From Candidatus Kerfeldbacteria bacterium (GTDB taxonomy: Bacteria > Patescibacteriota > Patescibacteriia > SBBC01), in the NCBI GenBank assembly GCA_016207275.1, contig JACQPY010000014.1, forward strand, positions 6,035 through 70,034: DNA of 64,000 nt, written 5' to 3'. Both the position numbers and the translations under genes were made by a program. The notes below the pieces were generated by a model. That model did not search any database, was not told where the DNA came from, and saw nothing but the letters and a program-made list of their open reading frames with translations. Below, one piece after another: positions 30,489-39,820 of the stretch (its first letter is position 1; each line of letters begins with the position of its first letter).

Positions 30489-31040
30489 TTAACGGGCGGC
30501 CCTCGCGAGCTGCTCGTTTTGTTTTGAAGTACGTAAAACTTTTTCTCGAAAACCGACGGTTCCGAGGTTAACCACGCTGGCGGGAAAGCCATCGTGGAGA
30601 AAACGCCGCAGCACCCGCCGCATTTCCGGCGGAAAAATCCTCAGTCGGAAAATCGAACTAATGGGAATCCAGACCGGCCTCGTCAGTCCACGACTTTGGC
30701 GATAGGCTGGGGAGCGCTCGGGTGCGGCGCGCGGCACGGCCACCGGCAAGAACGGGGCCTGAACCAAAAAGTAGTCCTGCCGTCCGCCGCTGATGGTCCG
30801 ACTGGTGATCACGCGCTTAATCACCCGGCCACGCAAACCTGTTTCTTCATGTAGTTCACGTTGCGCCGCGGTTCGCGGGGTTTCGTGCTTTTCAACTTCT
30901 CCACCAGGAAAAACGTAATAGATACTCGTTCCCGGCCGCTGTCGTTCCATCAGTAAGACGTGACCTTTTGCCACCACAATCGCCGCCGCCCGATTTCGCC
31001 CTGACTGTGGTCGATTTCGTTTGTGCATTAGATGCTTCAT
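30489..31040 (-). CDS. NUDIX hydrolase
   Basis: Nudix box 'GGEVEKHETPRTAAQRELHEETGL'. Confidence 0.8.
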   Translation of the reverse strand: MKHLMHKRNRPQSGRNRAAAIVVAKGHVLLMERQRPGTSIYYVFPGGEVEKHETPRTAAQRELHEETGLRGRVIKRVITSRTISGGRQDYFLVQAPFLPVAVPRAAPERSPAYRQSRGLTRPVWIPISSIFRLRIFPPEMRRVLRRFLHDGFPASVVNLGTVGFREKVLRTSKQNEQLARAAR

Positions 31041-31207
31041 TCTTCAACAACAATCGTCGTGTCCGATGCGGCGACCCCGTACAACTCGCTTCGCTCGTAT
31101 ACGGGGCAGACGATCAGGAGCCGAGGGACCCCTTGCCCCGTATATCCCGCGTCAGCGGGATTGTACGGGGTAGCCGAGCGCGGAGGCGCGACACCGACCG
31201 CCCGAGT

Positions 31208-34183
31208 TCAGTAGTTCGGATCACGAAACTCGCAAATATCGCGGTAATCACAGAACTTACAGACCATGCCGGGCGTAGCGGCAAAGTTTCCCGACTGAAT
31301 TTTTTCGGCCACCGTCGTAATCCAAGCTTTGGTTTTCTCCAACTCGGCGTCGGATATCGGTACCTCCCGTTCCACGCCATCATCGAGGAAGTAGTAGCTC
31401 AAGCGCTGAACCTTGGCATTGAGAATATTCGGATCTTGGGCGGCCAGCGCATAGATCAGCAGCTGGTAACGGTCAGTGCTGTCCATGTCACGCGACCGGC
31501 CAGATTTATAATCAACAATGCCGACGGTTCGCTGGTGTGCGGCCGGATGAAGACCGAGCAGGTCAACCCGATCCATTTTTCCGGTGATCGTAAAGCGATC
31601 GAGCTTGAGGTTGAAGTCCTGTTCCAACCCTACCACCGCCGGCAGCTTCGCCGCCTGCTGCTCGTAGAATCGTTTCAGTGACTCGCGACCACGCACGCGG
31701 AACTGGTCACGCTGCTGTTCGCTCTCGTACCATTCGTCAACGAAGGACTCGTCGTAGAGTTGTAACAGTTCGTCAAGACTGACCGGCGATTGGCTCGTTG
31801 TCGGTGGTGGCGAGGAGCCAAATAAGTCAGCTTGTTTTGCCGCCCGTCGCTCCTGGACCACCTCGAAAAACCGCTGCAACGTTCGGTGCATGGACTCGCC
31901 GAACGACAGTAAGGCGTTACCACCGACGGGCACTTTCAGCACGTAGGCGTAGCGGAACTGCCACGGACATTTTTCGTAGGATCGCAACGCCGAAAAGCTG
32001 TACTTACTTCCCACAAACCGGACGTCGGCGGCGTCGACCGGCTGTCGCGGCTGAGGCTCAAGCTGGGCCAACCCTTTCGGTCGCCGCGGCGGTGATGCTT
32101 GGATAAAGCCGAGCTCGTACAGGAACCGCGACGGCTTTTTGACTCGCTGGCCGCCGTAGTCTTCGGCCGCGGTCAAAAATAGTCCGACCTTGGCTCGGGT
32201 CATGGCCACGTACAGCAGTCGGCGTTCCTCCTGCAGGTGCACATCGCCCGCCGGTAACGTTTCGCGGATTAACGCCTCGGGCACCTCAATCGGATCTTTC
32301 CGCTCAGTCGTCGGAAACCGGCGATCCACCAGCTGGACAATAAAGACGTAACTAAATTCCAAGCCTTTGGCCCCGTGAACGGTCATCAGCCGCACGCCGC
32401 CAGCATCCGGCTCGACGGTGCCCGCCAGACTGCCGGCATCACCCGACTCGAGCTTCAACTCGAATACTTCAAGGAAGTCGCGAACCGTCGGCTGGGCGTG
32501 TGATTTTTCAAACTCGGCGACTTCGTCCAAAAACTTTCGGATCGTGGCGACCCGCTCCACGGCGTGCGGTGTCGCCCGCTTACCCAACTCAGCCAGCACG
32601 CCGGCTCGCTTCAGGAAATCGAGCAGCACTTCCGAGACCTTGTGCGCCCGGGCAAACGTCGCTCCGTGCCTGATGACGCTCAGCAACTCGTCCATTCCTT
32701 TTCGTGATGAAGCGGAAATGTTCGGGACCGCTCGGCTTTGCACTAACGTTTGGTAGAGCGAAATTCCCTTCCGCCGAGCGTGAGCATTCAGTTCAACGAC
32801 ATCATCTGGCTTAAGAGCAAACGCCGGCAAGTTAAGCGTCCGAAACAACGCCGGACTCTCATGGTAATTATCAAGCAACCGTAAGTAGGCGACGAGGTCA
32901 AGAACGTCCGGCTTGCGGTACAGCCCTTTCGAAGCAAAAAACTGATACGGTACACCCGCTAATTCAAGGCTATGGGCAAACTGCTCGGCCTGGTCGTTAG
33001 CGCGAACCAAAATGGCGAACTCACGCCAATCCAAACCCGTCTTCTTCTGGAGCTCGATGATCCGCACGGTTACTCCTTGCGCTTCTTGCTCTTGCGTTTC
33101 GGCATGAACGAACTCAATCAAACCGTCTTCGGCGGCCACCGACTTAAGCTGCTTGGAAACCCGCACCTTGCCATCACGGAGCGCGACCTCCAGGCGGTTC
33201 GGATTGTTGAGCTGAATGAATTTGTAGGCCAGATCAAGAATGTTCTGACGCGAGCGGTAGTTGGTGGTCAGGACAACTTGTCGACAGTTCGGAAAATCTT
33301 TTCGGAATTCCAAAATATTAGAAATTGACGCGCCGCGGAACTTATAAACGGACTGGTCATCATCACCCACAACCGTCAGGTTGTTCTTCGGCGCGGCCAG
33401 CAGCTTAATCAGCTCGTACTGCGCCCAGTTCGTGTCCTGAAACTCATCCACTAAAACGTGCTGAAACTGCTGGCGGTACTGTTCAAGAACGGCCGGCCGT
33501 TTCTTGAACAGCTCCAGGGTGTAGGTAATCAGGGTACCAAAGTCCAAACTCGACGATTCCAACAACAGCTGACGGTAGGTGGCGTAGGCGTTGGCAACTT
33601 CTTCCAATCGCTTGGCTTCGCTAATTCCCGTTTCACCGCTGACGAACTGTTCCTGGCCGCGATCGAGCTTGTCCGATCGGGCGTAGGCCAGGTACGCTTC
33701 GGGCGTAATGTCTTCGTCCTCCAGACGCGAGAAGTGCTTGAGCAGCGCCCCAATGAACCGCGTCGGATTGCCCAGCGGTCGGTAGTAGTCGAGGTTGAAC
33801 CGATCGAAGTGGCGACGGATCAGCAGCCACTGCTCAGTTTGGTTAAGCAGCCGAAAGTCGTTCGGCAAACCGATGTCAATGGCGTGCTGTCGCAGGATGC
33901 GCTCGGCAAAGGCATGGAAGGTCGAGACCCACAAGTTAACGTAGCCGTACGGCAGCAGCCGGTCAACGCGCTCTTCCATTTCGGTGGCCGCTTTGTCCGT
34001 AAACGTCAGCGCCAAAATACCGTCGGTCGGCACTTTTTTCTCCAAAATTAACCACGCCACCCGCTGGGTAATGACCGTGGTTTTGCCCGTGCCAGCGCCG
34101 GCCACGATCAACAGCGGGCCGTCGCCGTGCTCGATCGCCTTTTTCTGCTCGGGATTGACGGTCGTTGGTGTCTCACCAGTCAT
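31208..34183 (-). CDS. UvrD/PcrA-family helicase fused to C-terminal RecB/Cas4-like PD-(D/E)xK nuclease with Cys cluster (AddA/AdnA-like)
   Basis: Walker A 'AGAGTGKTT' near N-terminus, UvrD motifs throughout; C-terminal 'EKCPWQFRYAYVLK…IVDYKSG…CKFCDYRDIC' nuclease + Fe-S cysteines. Confidence 0.8.
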   Translation of the reverse strand: MTGETPTTVNPEQKKAIEHGDGPLLIVAGAGTGKTTVITQRVAWLILEKKVPTDGILALTFTDKAATEMEERVDRLLPYGYVNLWVSTFHAFAERILRQHAIDIGLPNDFRLLNQTEQWLLIRRHFDRFNLDYYRPLGNPTRFIGALLKHFSRLEDEDITPEAYLAYARSDKLDRGQEQFVSGETGISEAKRLEEVANAYATYRQLLLESSSLDFGTLITYTLELFKKRPAVLEQYRQQFQHVLVDEFQDTNWAQYELIKLLAAPKNNLTVVGDDDQSVYKFRGASISNILEFRKDFPNCRQVVLTTNYRSRQNILDLAYKFIQLNNPNRLEVALRDGKVRVSKQLKSVAAEDGLIEFVHAETQEQEAQGVTVRIIELQKKTGLDWREFAILVRANDQAEQFAHSLELAGVPYQFFASKGLYRKPDVLDLVAYLRLLDNYHESPALFRTLNLPAFALKPDDVVELNAHARRKGISLYQTLVQSRAVPNISASSRKGMDELLSVIRHGATFARAHKVSEVLLDFLKRAGVLAELGKRATPHAVERVATIRKFLDEVAEFEKSHAQPTVRDFLEVFELKLESGDAGSLAGTVEPDAGGVRLMTVHGAKGLEFSYVFIVQLVDRRFPTTERKDPIEVPEALIRETLPAGDVHLQEERRLLYVAMTRAKVGLFLTAAEDYGGQRVKKPSRFLYELGFIQASPPRRPKGLAQLEPQPRQPVDAADVRFVGSKYSFSALRSYEKCPWQFRYAYVLKVPVGGNALLSFGESMHRTLQRFFEVVQERRAAKQADLFGSSPPPTTSQSPVSLDELLQLYDESFVDEWYESEQQRDQFRVRGRESLKRFYEQQAAKLPAVVGLEQDFNLKLDRFTITGKMDRVDLLGLHPAAHQRTVGIVDYKSGRSRDMDSTDRYQLLIYALAAQDPNILNAKVQRLSYYFLDDGVEREVPISDAELEKTKAWITTVAEKIQSGNFAATPGMVCKFCDYRDICEFRDPNY

Positions 34184-34345
34184 GCTCCCATTCTAGCAGT
34201 TCGCTTTGTCTCTTGACACCGGTCGTACCGAGGAGTAGGTTTGCCGTGCTTTCTGATGGAAAAGACCACGGAAGCAAGGCGAAAAAATCGCCTCTGCTTC
34301 GTTGACAATACGGAGAAGTACAACTCTACAACGCGGAGGTAGCAG

Positions 34346-35131
34346 ATGAAACTCCTGAAAGTGCTGTTCACGTTCGCGCTGTTCGCCCTGCCCTCGCTCG
34401 CCCTGGCTGTCCCGCTCCAGATCCCGTACTCCGGCCAGTTGTCGGAGAGCGGGACGCCGGTCAATGGCACGCGGAACATCATGGTCAACGTCTACGACGT
34501 TCCGACCGGCGGGTCACTGCTCTACACCGAGAACTTCGCTGGCACACAAGTGACGAACGGAATCTTCCACGTCACCCTCAACGCTCCGGATACCGTCTGG
34601 ACCGGCGCTGACCGCTGGCTCGGCGTGTCAGTCAACGGCGGAGCAGAGCTCACCCCTCGGACCAAGATCGGAAGTGTGCCGTATGCGGTGAGGACGGCTG
34701 CTGCCGAAGCACTCGTCAATCCGTTGCCGCAAGTTGGCGGGAACTACAAGTACGACGGGAATACCGTTAGCCCCTATGTTACCTCGATTTCATGGGTGGC
34801 TGTGGACCAAATCACCGTGAGCTGCCCTGCTGATGGATACCTCATCACGAGTGCGTCCGGCAGCATTATCCTCGATAATGCCACAGGCTACCTGGGGAGG
34901 CTCCGTGTTCAGGAACAAGCTCCTTCTGATTTGGGAGGAGGGTTTATCTTCGGCGGTAGCTCAACACCTGGGTGGATGTACGTGCCCGTTACCATTTCGG
35001 AGGTACAGTCAGTCACAGCAGGCGTTCATACTATTACGGTATGGGCGCATCTGCCGAGTGGGACTTACCAGTCGTACCGATACTATCGGCACACGATCCA
35101 AGCCCTCTGGTTCCCCAACCGCTACCAGTAA
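34346..35131 (+). CDS. secreted hypothetical protein
   Basis: signal peptide 'MKLLKVLFTFALFALPSLALA'; no family recognised. Confidence 0.5.
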   Translation: MKLLKVLFTFALFALPSLALAVPLQIPYSGQLSESGTPVNGTRNIMVNVYDVPTGGSLLYTENFAGTQVTNGIFHVTLNAPDTVWTGADRWLGVSVNGGAELTPRTKIGSVPYAVRTAAAEALVNPLPQVGGNYKYDGNTVSPYVTSISWVAVDQITVSCPADGYLITSASGSIILDNATGYLGRLRVQEQAPSDLGGGFIFGGSSTPGWMYVPVTISEVQSVTAGVHTITVWAHLPSGTYQSYRYYRHTIQALWFPNRYQ

Positions 35132-35143
35132 GGAGGTGTTCCT

Positions 35144-35677
35144 ATGAGAATTACGGTTCTCACGCTCGTCATCACGGCCTTCTTGGCTGCTTCGACAGCA
35201 AGCGGGCAAACGGTGCAGCCCAAGTCCCTCTTCTCCAGCGGCGGTCAACTCATGACCGACGGCGCGACGCAGGTCAACGCCAACCTCGGCGACGTGTTCA
35301 CCGGCGTGAGCTTCGGCGGCACGACCGAGGTCCAACACGGATTCTGGACGTCGCCGGAGAATCAGGTCATCGGAGTAGACGGGCCGAAGTTGACCCTCGT
35401 CTTCTACCTCAGCCAGGCCCAGCCGAACCCGGCTCGGACATCAACGACGATCGAATTCGGTCTGCCAGTCGAGGAGCCGGTCGTAACGCTCAACATCTAC
35501 GACGTCTCTGGTCGGCTCGTCCGGCGGCTCTTCAACGGCAAGATGAACGCCGGCGTGTTCCGCCAGACCTGGGATCTCCGGAACGATGCCGGAACGCGTA
35601 TGCCGGCGGGTCTGTACTTCTCCCGTCTGACAGCCAGCTCGTTCCGAGCGGTCCGCAAGATCGTCGTCATCAACTGA
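35144..35677 (+). CDS. secreted protein with T9SS-type C-terminal sorting (Por_Secre_tail-like) domain
   Basis: signal peptide; C-terminal 'QPNPARTSTTIEFGLPVEEPVVTLNIYDVSGRLVRRLFNGKMNAGVFRQTWDLRNDAGTRMPAGLYFSRLTASSFRAVRKIVVI' matches the CTD consensus (NPFNp.T.I.f.Lp…v.L.IYDvsGrlVr.L……G……WdG.d..G..v.sGvYf.rL). Confidence 0.6.
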   Translation: MRITVLTLVITAFLAASTASGQTVQPKSLFSSGGQLMTDGATQVNANLGDVFTGVSFGGTTEVQHGFWTSPENQVIGVDGPKLTLVFYLSQAQPNPARTSTTIEFGLPVEEPVVTLNIYDVSGRLVRRLFNGKMNAGVFRQTWDLRNDAGTRMPAGLYFSRLTASSFRAVRKIVVIN

Positions 35678-35868
35678 CAATTGCGGCTGACTCGATCAAA
35701 CAGGTGGTCGCTCATCCGGAGTGGCCACCTGTCTTACATTACATCAGTCCAACCAGCCATAAACCGCAGTCGCACTGGCCGTGCAATCGCCGCCTTTTGT
35801 TGAGGATTGACCGTGCGTGGAATTACCGAGGGCATAACCGTATTCTAGCATTTCACTGCTCGGTTGAC

Positions 35869-35906
35869 TTGACAGGTAAATTCAATGCTACTACAGTCTG
35901 TAGTAG
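35869..35906 (+). promoter_or_regulatory. promoter-like TTGACA plus CTACTAC-N5-GTAGTAG operator heading the thiol-redox/metal gene cluster
   Basis: TTGACA at 35869-35874; palindrome CTACTAC-agtct-GTAGTAG at 35888-35906 with same arms as the site at 29674-29692. Confidence 0.55.
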
Positions 35907-35947
35907 ATGATCAAACTTCCGAAACTTATCCACAGGCCGTAAAAGTC

Positions 35948-36367
35948 ATGACTGACCGTAACAGAGCACTCATTGGAATGTTCATACTGACGGCCATGCT
36001 CAGCCTAGCCGTTTTTTGGTCGAACGGCGGACATTTCGGCGACCATGAAGGAATCTGTGTGGCTGCTTCGATGCAAGGAGGCGTCTGTCCAGAATCAGCC
36101 ACCTTCGACTCGCTCATCTTTCATGGCAATGCGCTGAAAAGCTACATACAGAACGAGTCTGGAAATTCCTCGCTCTTACTGGCCTCGCTCGTCCTGACGC
36201 TTGTCCTCGCCCTTGTTCATGTTGCGTCAAAGCCGACTCTCTCGCAACCGATCGAAGTTGCCAGATACCGCGCACAATCCGTCTCCCCTAAACCACGAAC
36301 GCAGCAGTTCAACCGCTGGTTGGCCCTCCACGAAAGCAGCCCATCAGACTTTACTGGACGCGCCTAG
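35948..36367 (+). CDS. two-TM membrane protein with loop Cys pair, hypothetical
   Basis: start at MTDRNR (track ORF begins 35885 inside the operator); 'CVAASMQGGVC' between TM helices. Confidence 0.45.
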   Translation: MTDRNRALIGMFILTAMLSLAVFWSNGGHFGDHEGICVAASMQGGVCPESATFDSLIFHGNALKSYIQNESGNSSLLLASLVLTLVLALVHVASKPTLSQPIEVARYRAQSVSPKPRTQQFNRWLALHESSPSDFTGRA

Positions 36368-36497
36368 GTCGCTGTTGTAGCGGTTCATTTTCGCGCGTCC
36401 AAACGCCCTATCAGACGGGCGTTTTATGTATCAACGAATTAATCCCACCTGCCTATGACAACATACCGCTTCCCACAATCCATCCAGCGTCACGCAC

Positions 36498-37424
36498 ATG
36501 TCTAAACCTTGCCACCCCGACGGTCTTACCTGCACTCGGTTCGTCCAACCATCATCGACTCCGACCAGCAGTGTTACGAAGCCGTCTTATGTGCGAAGAT
36601 TCGGCCTCGGCTACTTCGTCCTGTTCGTTGTGGCCGCCGCCTTGCTGATCGCCAACGCCACTATGCTCCAGGCCATGAACAGCGACGTACAAACCCAAAA
36701 ACGTCAGGCTGAAGAAGCGATCAAACCGGCCGAGATCGAGGTGACCGCCGTCACTGCTCCGTCGTGCCAAAACTGCTTCAACCTGATGAATCTCCTCGGT
36801 AGTCTGAGCGGGAATGAGAAAATCAAAGTCGTGAAAACCGACACCGTTGACTACACCTCCGCCGCCGGAGCGTCCATGGTCAAGCAGTACAACCTCGAGC
36901 GGGCGCCGGCCTTCATTATTAAGGGACAAACGGAGAAACTGTTGTCGGTGTTGCCGGCCGTGAAATCGTACGGCCAGTTGGCGGGCAATGACTTTGCCGG
37001 CAAGAACACGCCAGCGCCGTACCTCGAGATTGCCACCGGCCAGGTTCGTGGAGAGTTCCAGGCGACTTACCTGACCGAGAAGCAATGTTCGGAATGCTAC
37101 GACCCGACAGTCAACCGCCAGGCCCTCCAGCAGCTCGGCATGCGGCCGACTTCGGAAACAACCGTCGACCGCGCTGATCCCGACGGACAGAATCTGGTCA
37201 AGCAGTACAAACTGACGACCACGCCGACCGTTATTCTGACCGGCGATCTTGCCGCCTACGTCAACTTCAATCAGGTCTGGAAGAAGGTGGGCACGATCGA
37301 GCCGGACGGCGCCTACGTCTTCCGCAGCGGCCAAGATCTGATGGGCACCTACTACGACTTGGCTACCAAAAAAGTCATCAAACCGAAAAATGACGAGACC
37401 AACACCAACACTTCAACGCCGTAA
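36498..37424 (+). CDS. membrane-anchored protein with two thioredoxin-like CxxC modules
   Basis: N-terminal TM; 'PSCQNCF…APAFIIKG' and 'CSECYD…TTPTVILTG' (CxxC plus cis-Pro-region like thioredoxin fold) duplicated. Confidence 0.55.
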   Translation: MSKPCHPDGLTCTRFVQPSSTPTSSVTKPSYVRRFGLGYFVLFVVAAALLIANATMLQAMNSDVQTQKRQAEEAIKPAEIEVTAVTAPSCQNCFNLMNLLGSLSGNEKIKVVKTDTVDYTSAAGASMVKQYNLERAPAFIIKGQTEKLLSVLPAVKSYGQLAGNDFAGKNTPAPYLEIATGQVRGEFQATYLTEKQCSECYDPTVNRQALQQLGMRPTSETTVDRADPDGQNLVKQYKLTTTPTVILTGDLAAYVNFNQVWKKVGTIEPDGAYVFRSGQDLMGTYYDLATKKVIKPKNDETNTNTSTP

Positions 37425-37447
37425 TCGTATCAACTAACAAGGATAAA

Positions 37448-37726
37448 ATGACCATGGACCACCCAACTCCTCCCCCCGCTGAAAAACCGGCAATTCGACC
37501 TGAACCGGAGCCGAACCGAAGCTTCACCCTCCGCATCCCCAAACCGAACTGGCAAGTCATTGCGCTCATCCTGATCGCGGTGATCGCCGGATTCCAGACA
37601 ATTCAATTGGCCCGGCTCAAAGGCAATGTGACAGCCAAAGTGTCAGCCGCCACAACGACTGCGCCGACGCCGGCTGCATCCGCCGGTTCCGATTCGGGGC
37701 TCCAATCGCAAGTCGGCGGTTGCTAA
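37448..37726 (+). CDS. small membrane protein (92 aa) with C-terminal Cys
   Basis: Pro-rich N-terminus, one TM, Ala/Thr/Ser-rich tail ending '…QVGGC'. Confidence 0.4.
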   Translation: MTMDHPTPPPAEKPAIRPEPEPNRSFTLRIPKPNWQVIALILIAVIAGFQTIQLARLKGNVTAKVSAATTTAPTPAASAGSDSGLQSQVGGC

Positions 37727-37732
37727 ACGCGT

Positions 37733-38515
37733 ATGATTGACTTCCATCACAACCGTTCCAAAGCGCCGCGACCGCAATGGTTTGCGCCGGTCGATCGACA
37801 GACCAACGAGCGTCTTGCTCGCACGGTCGTCTGGCTGGTGACTGCGACCTTGGCAACCAATCAGTTCTTGATTGCCTCGATTTCCCCGAAGTCGGCAGGC
37901 GCCTCTCCCCTGGCATCGCTGAAATCGATGCTGGGGATGAAGACGGCCTCGGCCATGGTCATCGTCGGGCCGAAGCTCAATTCCGACGGCAAAACCACCA
38001 GCCTGGTTCAGCAACCGACCATTTCCAGCGTACCGGCCAATCCGAAATCAGGCGATGACCTAACTGATGCTAAGGCCGTCATGCTGGCCACTGGTCGGCC
38101 GCCCTACGCTCCCGATGGCGTCTCCTTCGACGATCCGATCAATGCCCAGAATGTCTGGGTAGCCTACGAACAGAGCATCACGCTCAGCGGCAGTCTGGAA
38201 ACTCGCTACAACAACCTGATCAACGGCTTCACCTGCAACTACTGCTGCGGCGAAGCGGCCATTGTCACGCGCAACCGGCAGTGCGGGTGCGCCCACGCCA
38301 AAGCCGCCCGCGGGTTCTTCAAGTACATGCTGCAAACCTTCGGCGACCAGTACAGCGACGAACAACTGATGGGCGAAGCCTTCCGCTGGCAGGCGATCTG
38401 GTACCCGAAAGGCGCGGTCGAAGACTACCTGCTGGCTACCGGCAAGGCGAATGTCATCGGTCACGCTCCGCACGGCGGCGCTGGTGCTGACAACATGCAC
38501 GGATTAACCACGTAG
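37733..38515 (+). CDS. Cys-rich hypothetical protein (260 aa)
   Basis: N-terminal TM; 'CNYCCGEAAIVTRNRQCGCAHAKAA' cluster; no family recognised. Confidence 0.45.
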   Translation: MIDFHHNRSKAPRPQWFAPVDRQTNERLARTVVWLVTATLATNQFLIASISPKSAGASPLASLKSMLGMKTASAMVIVGPKLNSDGKTTSLVQQPTISSVPANPKSGDDLTDAKAVMLATGRPPYAPDGVSFDDPINAQNVWVAYEQSITLSGSLETRYNNLINGFTCNYCCGEAAIVTRNRQCGCAHAKAARGFFKYMLQTFGDQYSDEQLMGEAFRWQAIWYPKGAVEDYLLATGKANVIGHAPHGGAGADNMHGLTT

Positions 38516-38522
38516 CAGTTAC

Positions 38523-38969
38523 ATGATCAAACGATCAACCATCATCGGCACCATCAGCACGGTCGGCTTACTGGTCGTCTACCTGTCGGTTGTCAGCGCT
38601 TTGTCCGGTTGGTCCACGACCGCAGAGCAATGGTCGAGTTTCTGGCCGTATCTGGTCGGCTTGGCGATCGGTTTCGGTGTCCAGGTCGGGCTCTACGCAT
38701 ACCTTCGCCAGGCCGTTCACCGTAGTCAGTCAACCGGCAAAGTCGTGGCGCTAACTGGTACGACCTCAACCGCCGCCATGGTCTCCTGCTGCACCCACTA
38801 CCTCGTCAACCTCCTGCCCGTTCTCGGCGCCTCGGGTATCGCCACCTTCGTCGGCCAGTATCAGGTCAATCTGTTCTGGGTCGGACTGGCCGCTAACGCC
38901 GCTGGTCTGGCGTACCTGGCTTCGCGGATCATGAAATTCAGGAAACATCTGCCAGCCATGGCTGCTTGA
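38523..38969 (+). CDS. polytopic membrane protein with CC motif (148 aa), hypothetical
   Basis: 4 TM helices, 'VSCCTHYLVNLLP'. Confidence 0.45.
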   Translation: MIKRSTIIGTISTVGLLVVYLSVVSALSGWSTTAEQWSSFWPYLVGLAIGFGVQVGLYAYLRQAVHRSQSTGKVVALTGTTSTAAMVSCCTHYLVNLLPVLGASGIATFVGQYQVNLFWVGLAANAAGLAYLASRIMKFRKHLPAMAA

Positions 38970-39008
38970 GCGCCTTGCTCATTCCTTACCAACGAGGTAC
39001 GTAAATCT

Positions 39009-39659
39009 ATGCCTGACACCCAAACATCATCGTTCCGCGATCCGGTCTGCGGCATGAGCGTCAACCCGGCCACTGCCACGTTCACCGCCGACCACGCCGG
39101 GGCGACCGTCTACTTCTGCTCGCCCGGCTGCCGCGACCAATTTCTGGCCAATCCAGAATCCTTCACCACCTCTCCAAAAACAACGGTGGTGACGATCCGG
39201 CCGGAAGTTCTCTACGCCGTCCTGGGGCTCATCGCCGTTATCCTAGTCATTTTCGCCTTTCGACCAGGCCCGCCAAGCTCGTCGGTCAGCACCGGATCAA
39301 CCGCGGCGGTTACCGGCACGCCAGCTGGCCAGGACCAGGTGGTCGATGACGGCTCCGGCGGGGTAATTACGTCAGCCAGTCTAAACCGCTCAGCCAGCAC
39401 CCCTGATCAACTGGTCATCACCGTGTCCCTCAATACCCACTCTGTCGACCTGACCGACTTCCGCCCCGTTGACCAAGTCCGCCTGCGAATGGCTGCCGGC
39501 GACGAACTCGAACCGCTGGCTGTCAGCGGTCAGGGCGAGATCAGCTCGCACCATCAAAACTACCGTCTGACCTTTCCGCGGCCGGGCAGCGCGGAGGCCT
39601 CTGTCGTGGTGAAAAACGTGGCTGGCGTAACCGAACGTAAGCTGCCAATCCAACTATGA
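39009..39659 (+). CDS. YHS/TRASH metal-binding domain protein with TM anchor
   Basis: 'DPVCGMSVNP…YFCSPGCRDQFLANP' canonical YHS/TRASH Cys motif, then TM helix and Ser/Thr-rich domain. Confidence 0.65.
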   Translation: MPDTQTSSFRDPVCGMSVNPATATFTADHAGATVYFCSPGCRDQFLANPESFTTSPKTTVVTIRPEVLYAVLGLIAVILVIFAFRPGPPSSSVSTGSTAAVTGTPAGQDQVVDDGSGGVITSASLNRSASTPDQLVITVSLNTHSVDLTDFRPVDQVRLRMAAGDELEPLAVSGQGEISSHHQNYRLTFPRPGSAEASVVVKNVAGVTERKLPIQL

Positions 39660-39661
39660 AT

Positions 39662-39820
39662 CCCGTTAGACGGCTCACGCATCAACGTATACTCATTGAA
39701 GGTTACGATCATACTTACAAGACTAACCATCTAATCCCGTTAGACGGTCCTGCAGTTGGGCCCGACAGTGGGATAGGCGTAGATCTTCAGTTTCTTAACC
39801 GTCTAACGGGACTAACGGGA
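39662..39820. repeat. CCCGTTAGA-family element, compound copy 5 (two left arms, one right arm plus extra half-arm)
   Basis: cccgttagacgg at 39662-39673 and 39736-39747; ccgtctaacggg 39799-39810; ctaacggg 39813-39820 abutting ATG of next gene; flanked by atgaa direct repeat. Confidence 0.75.
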
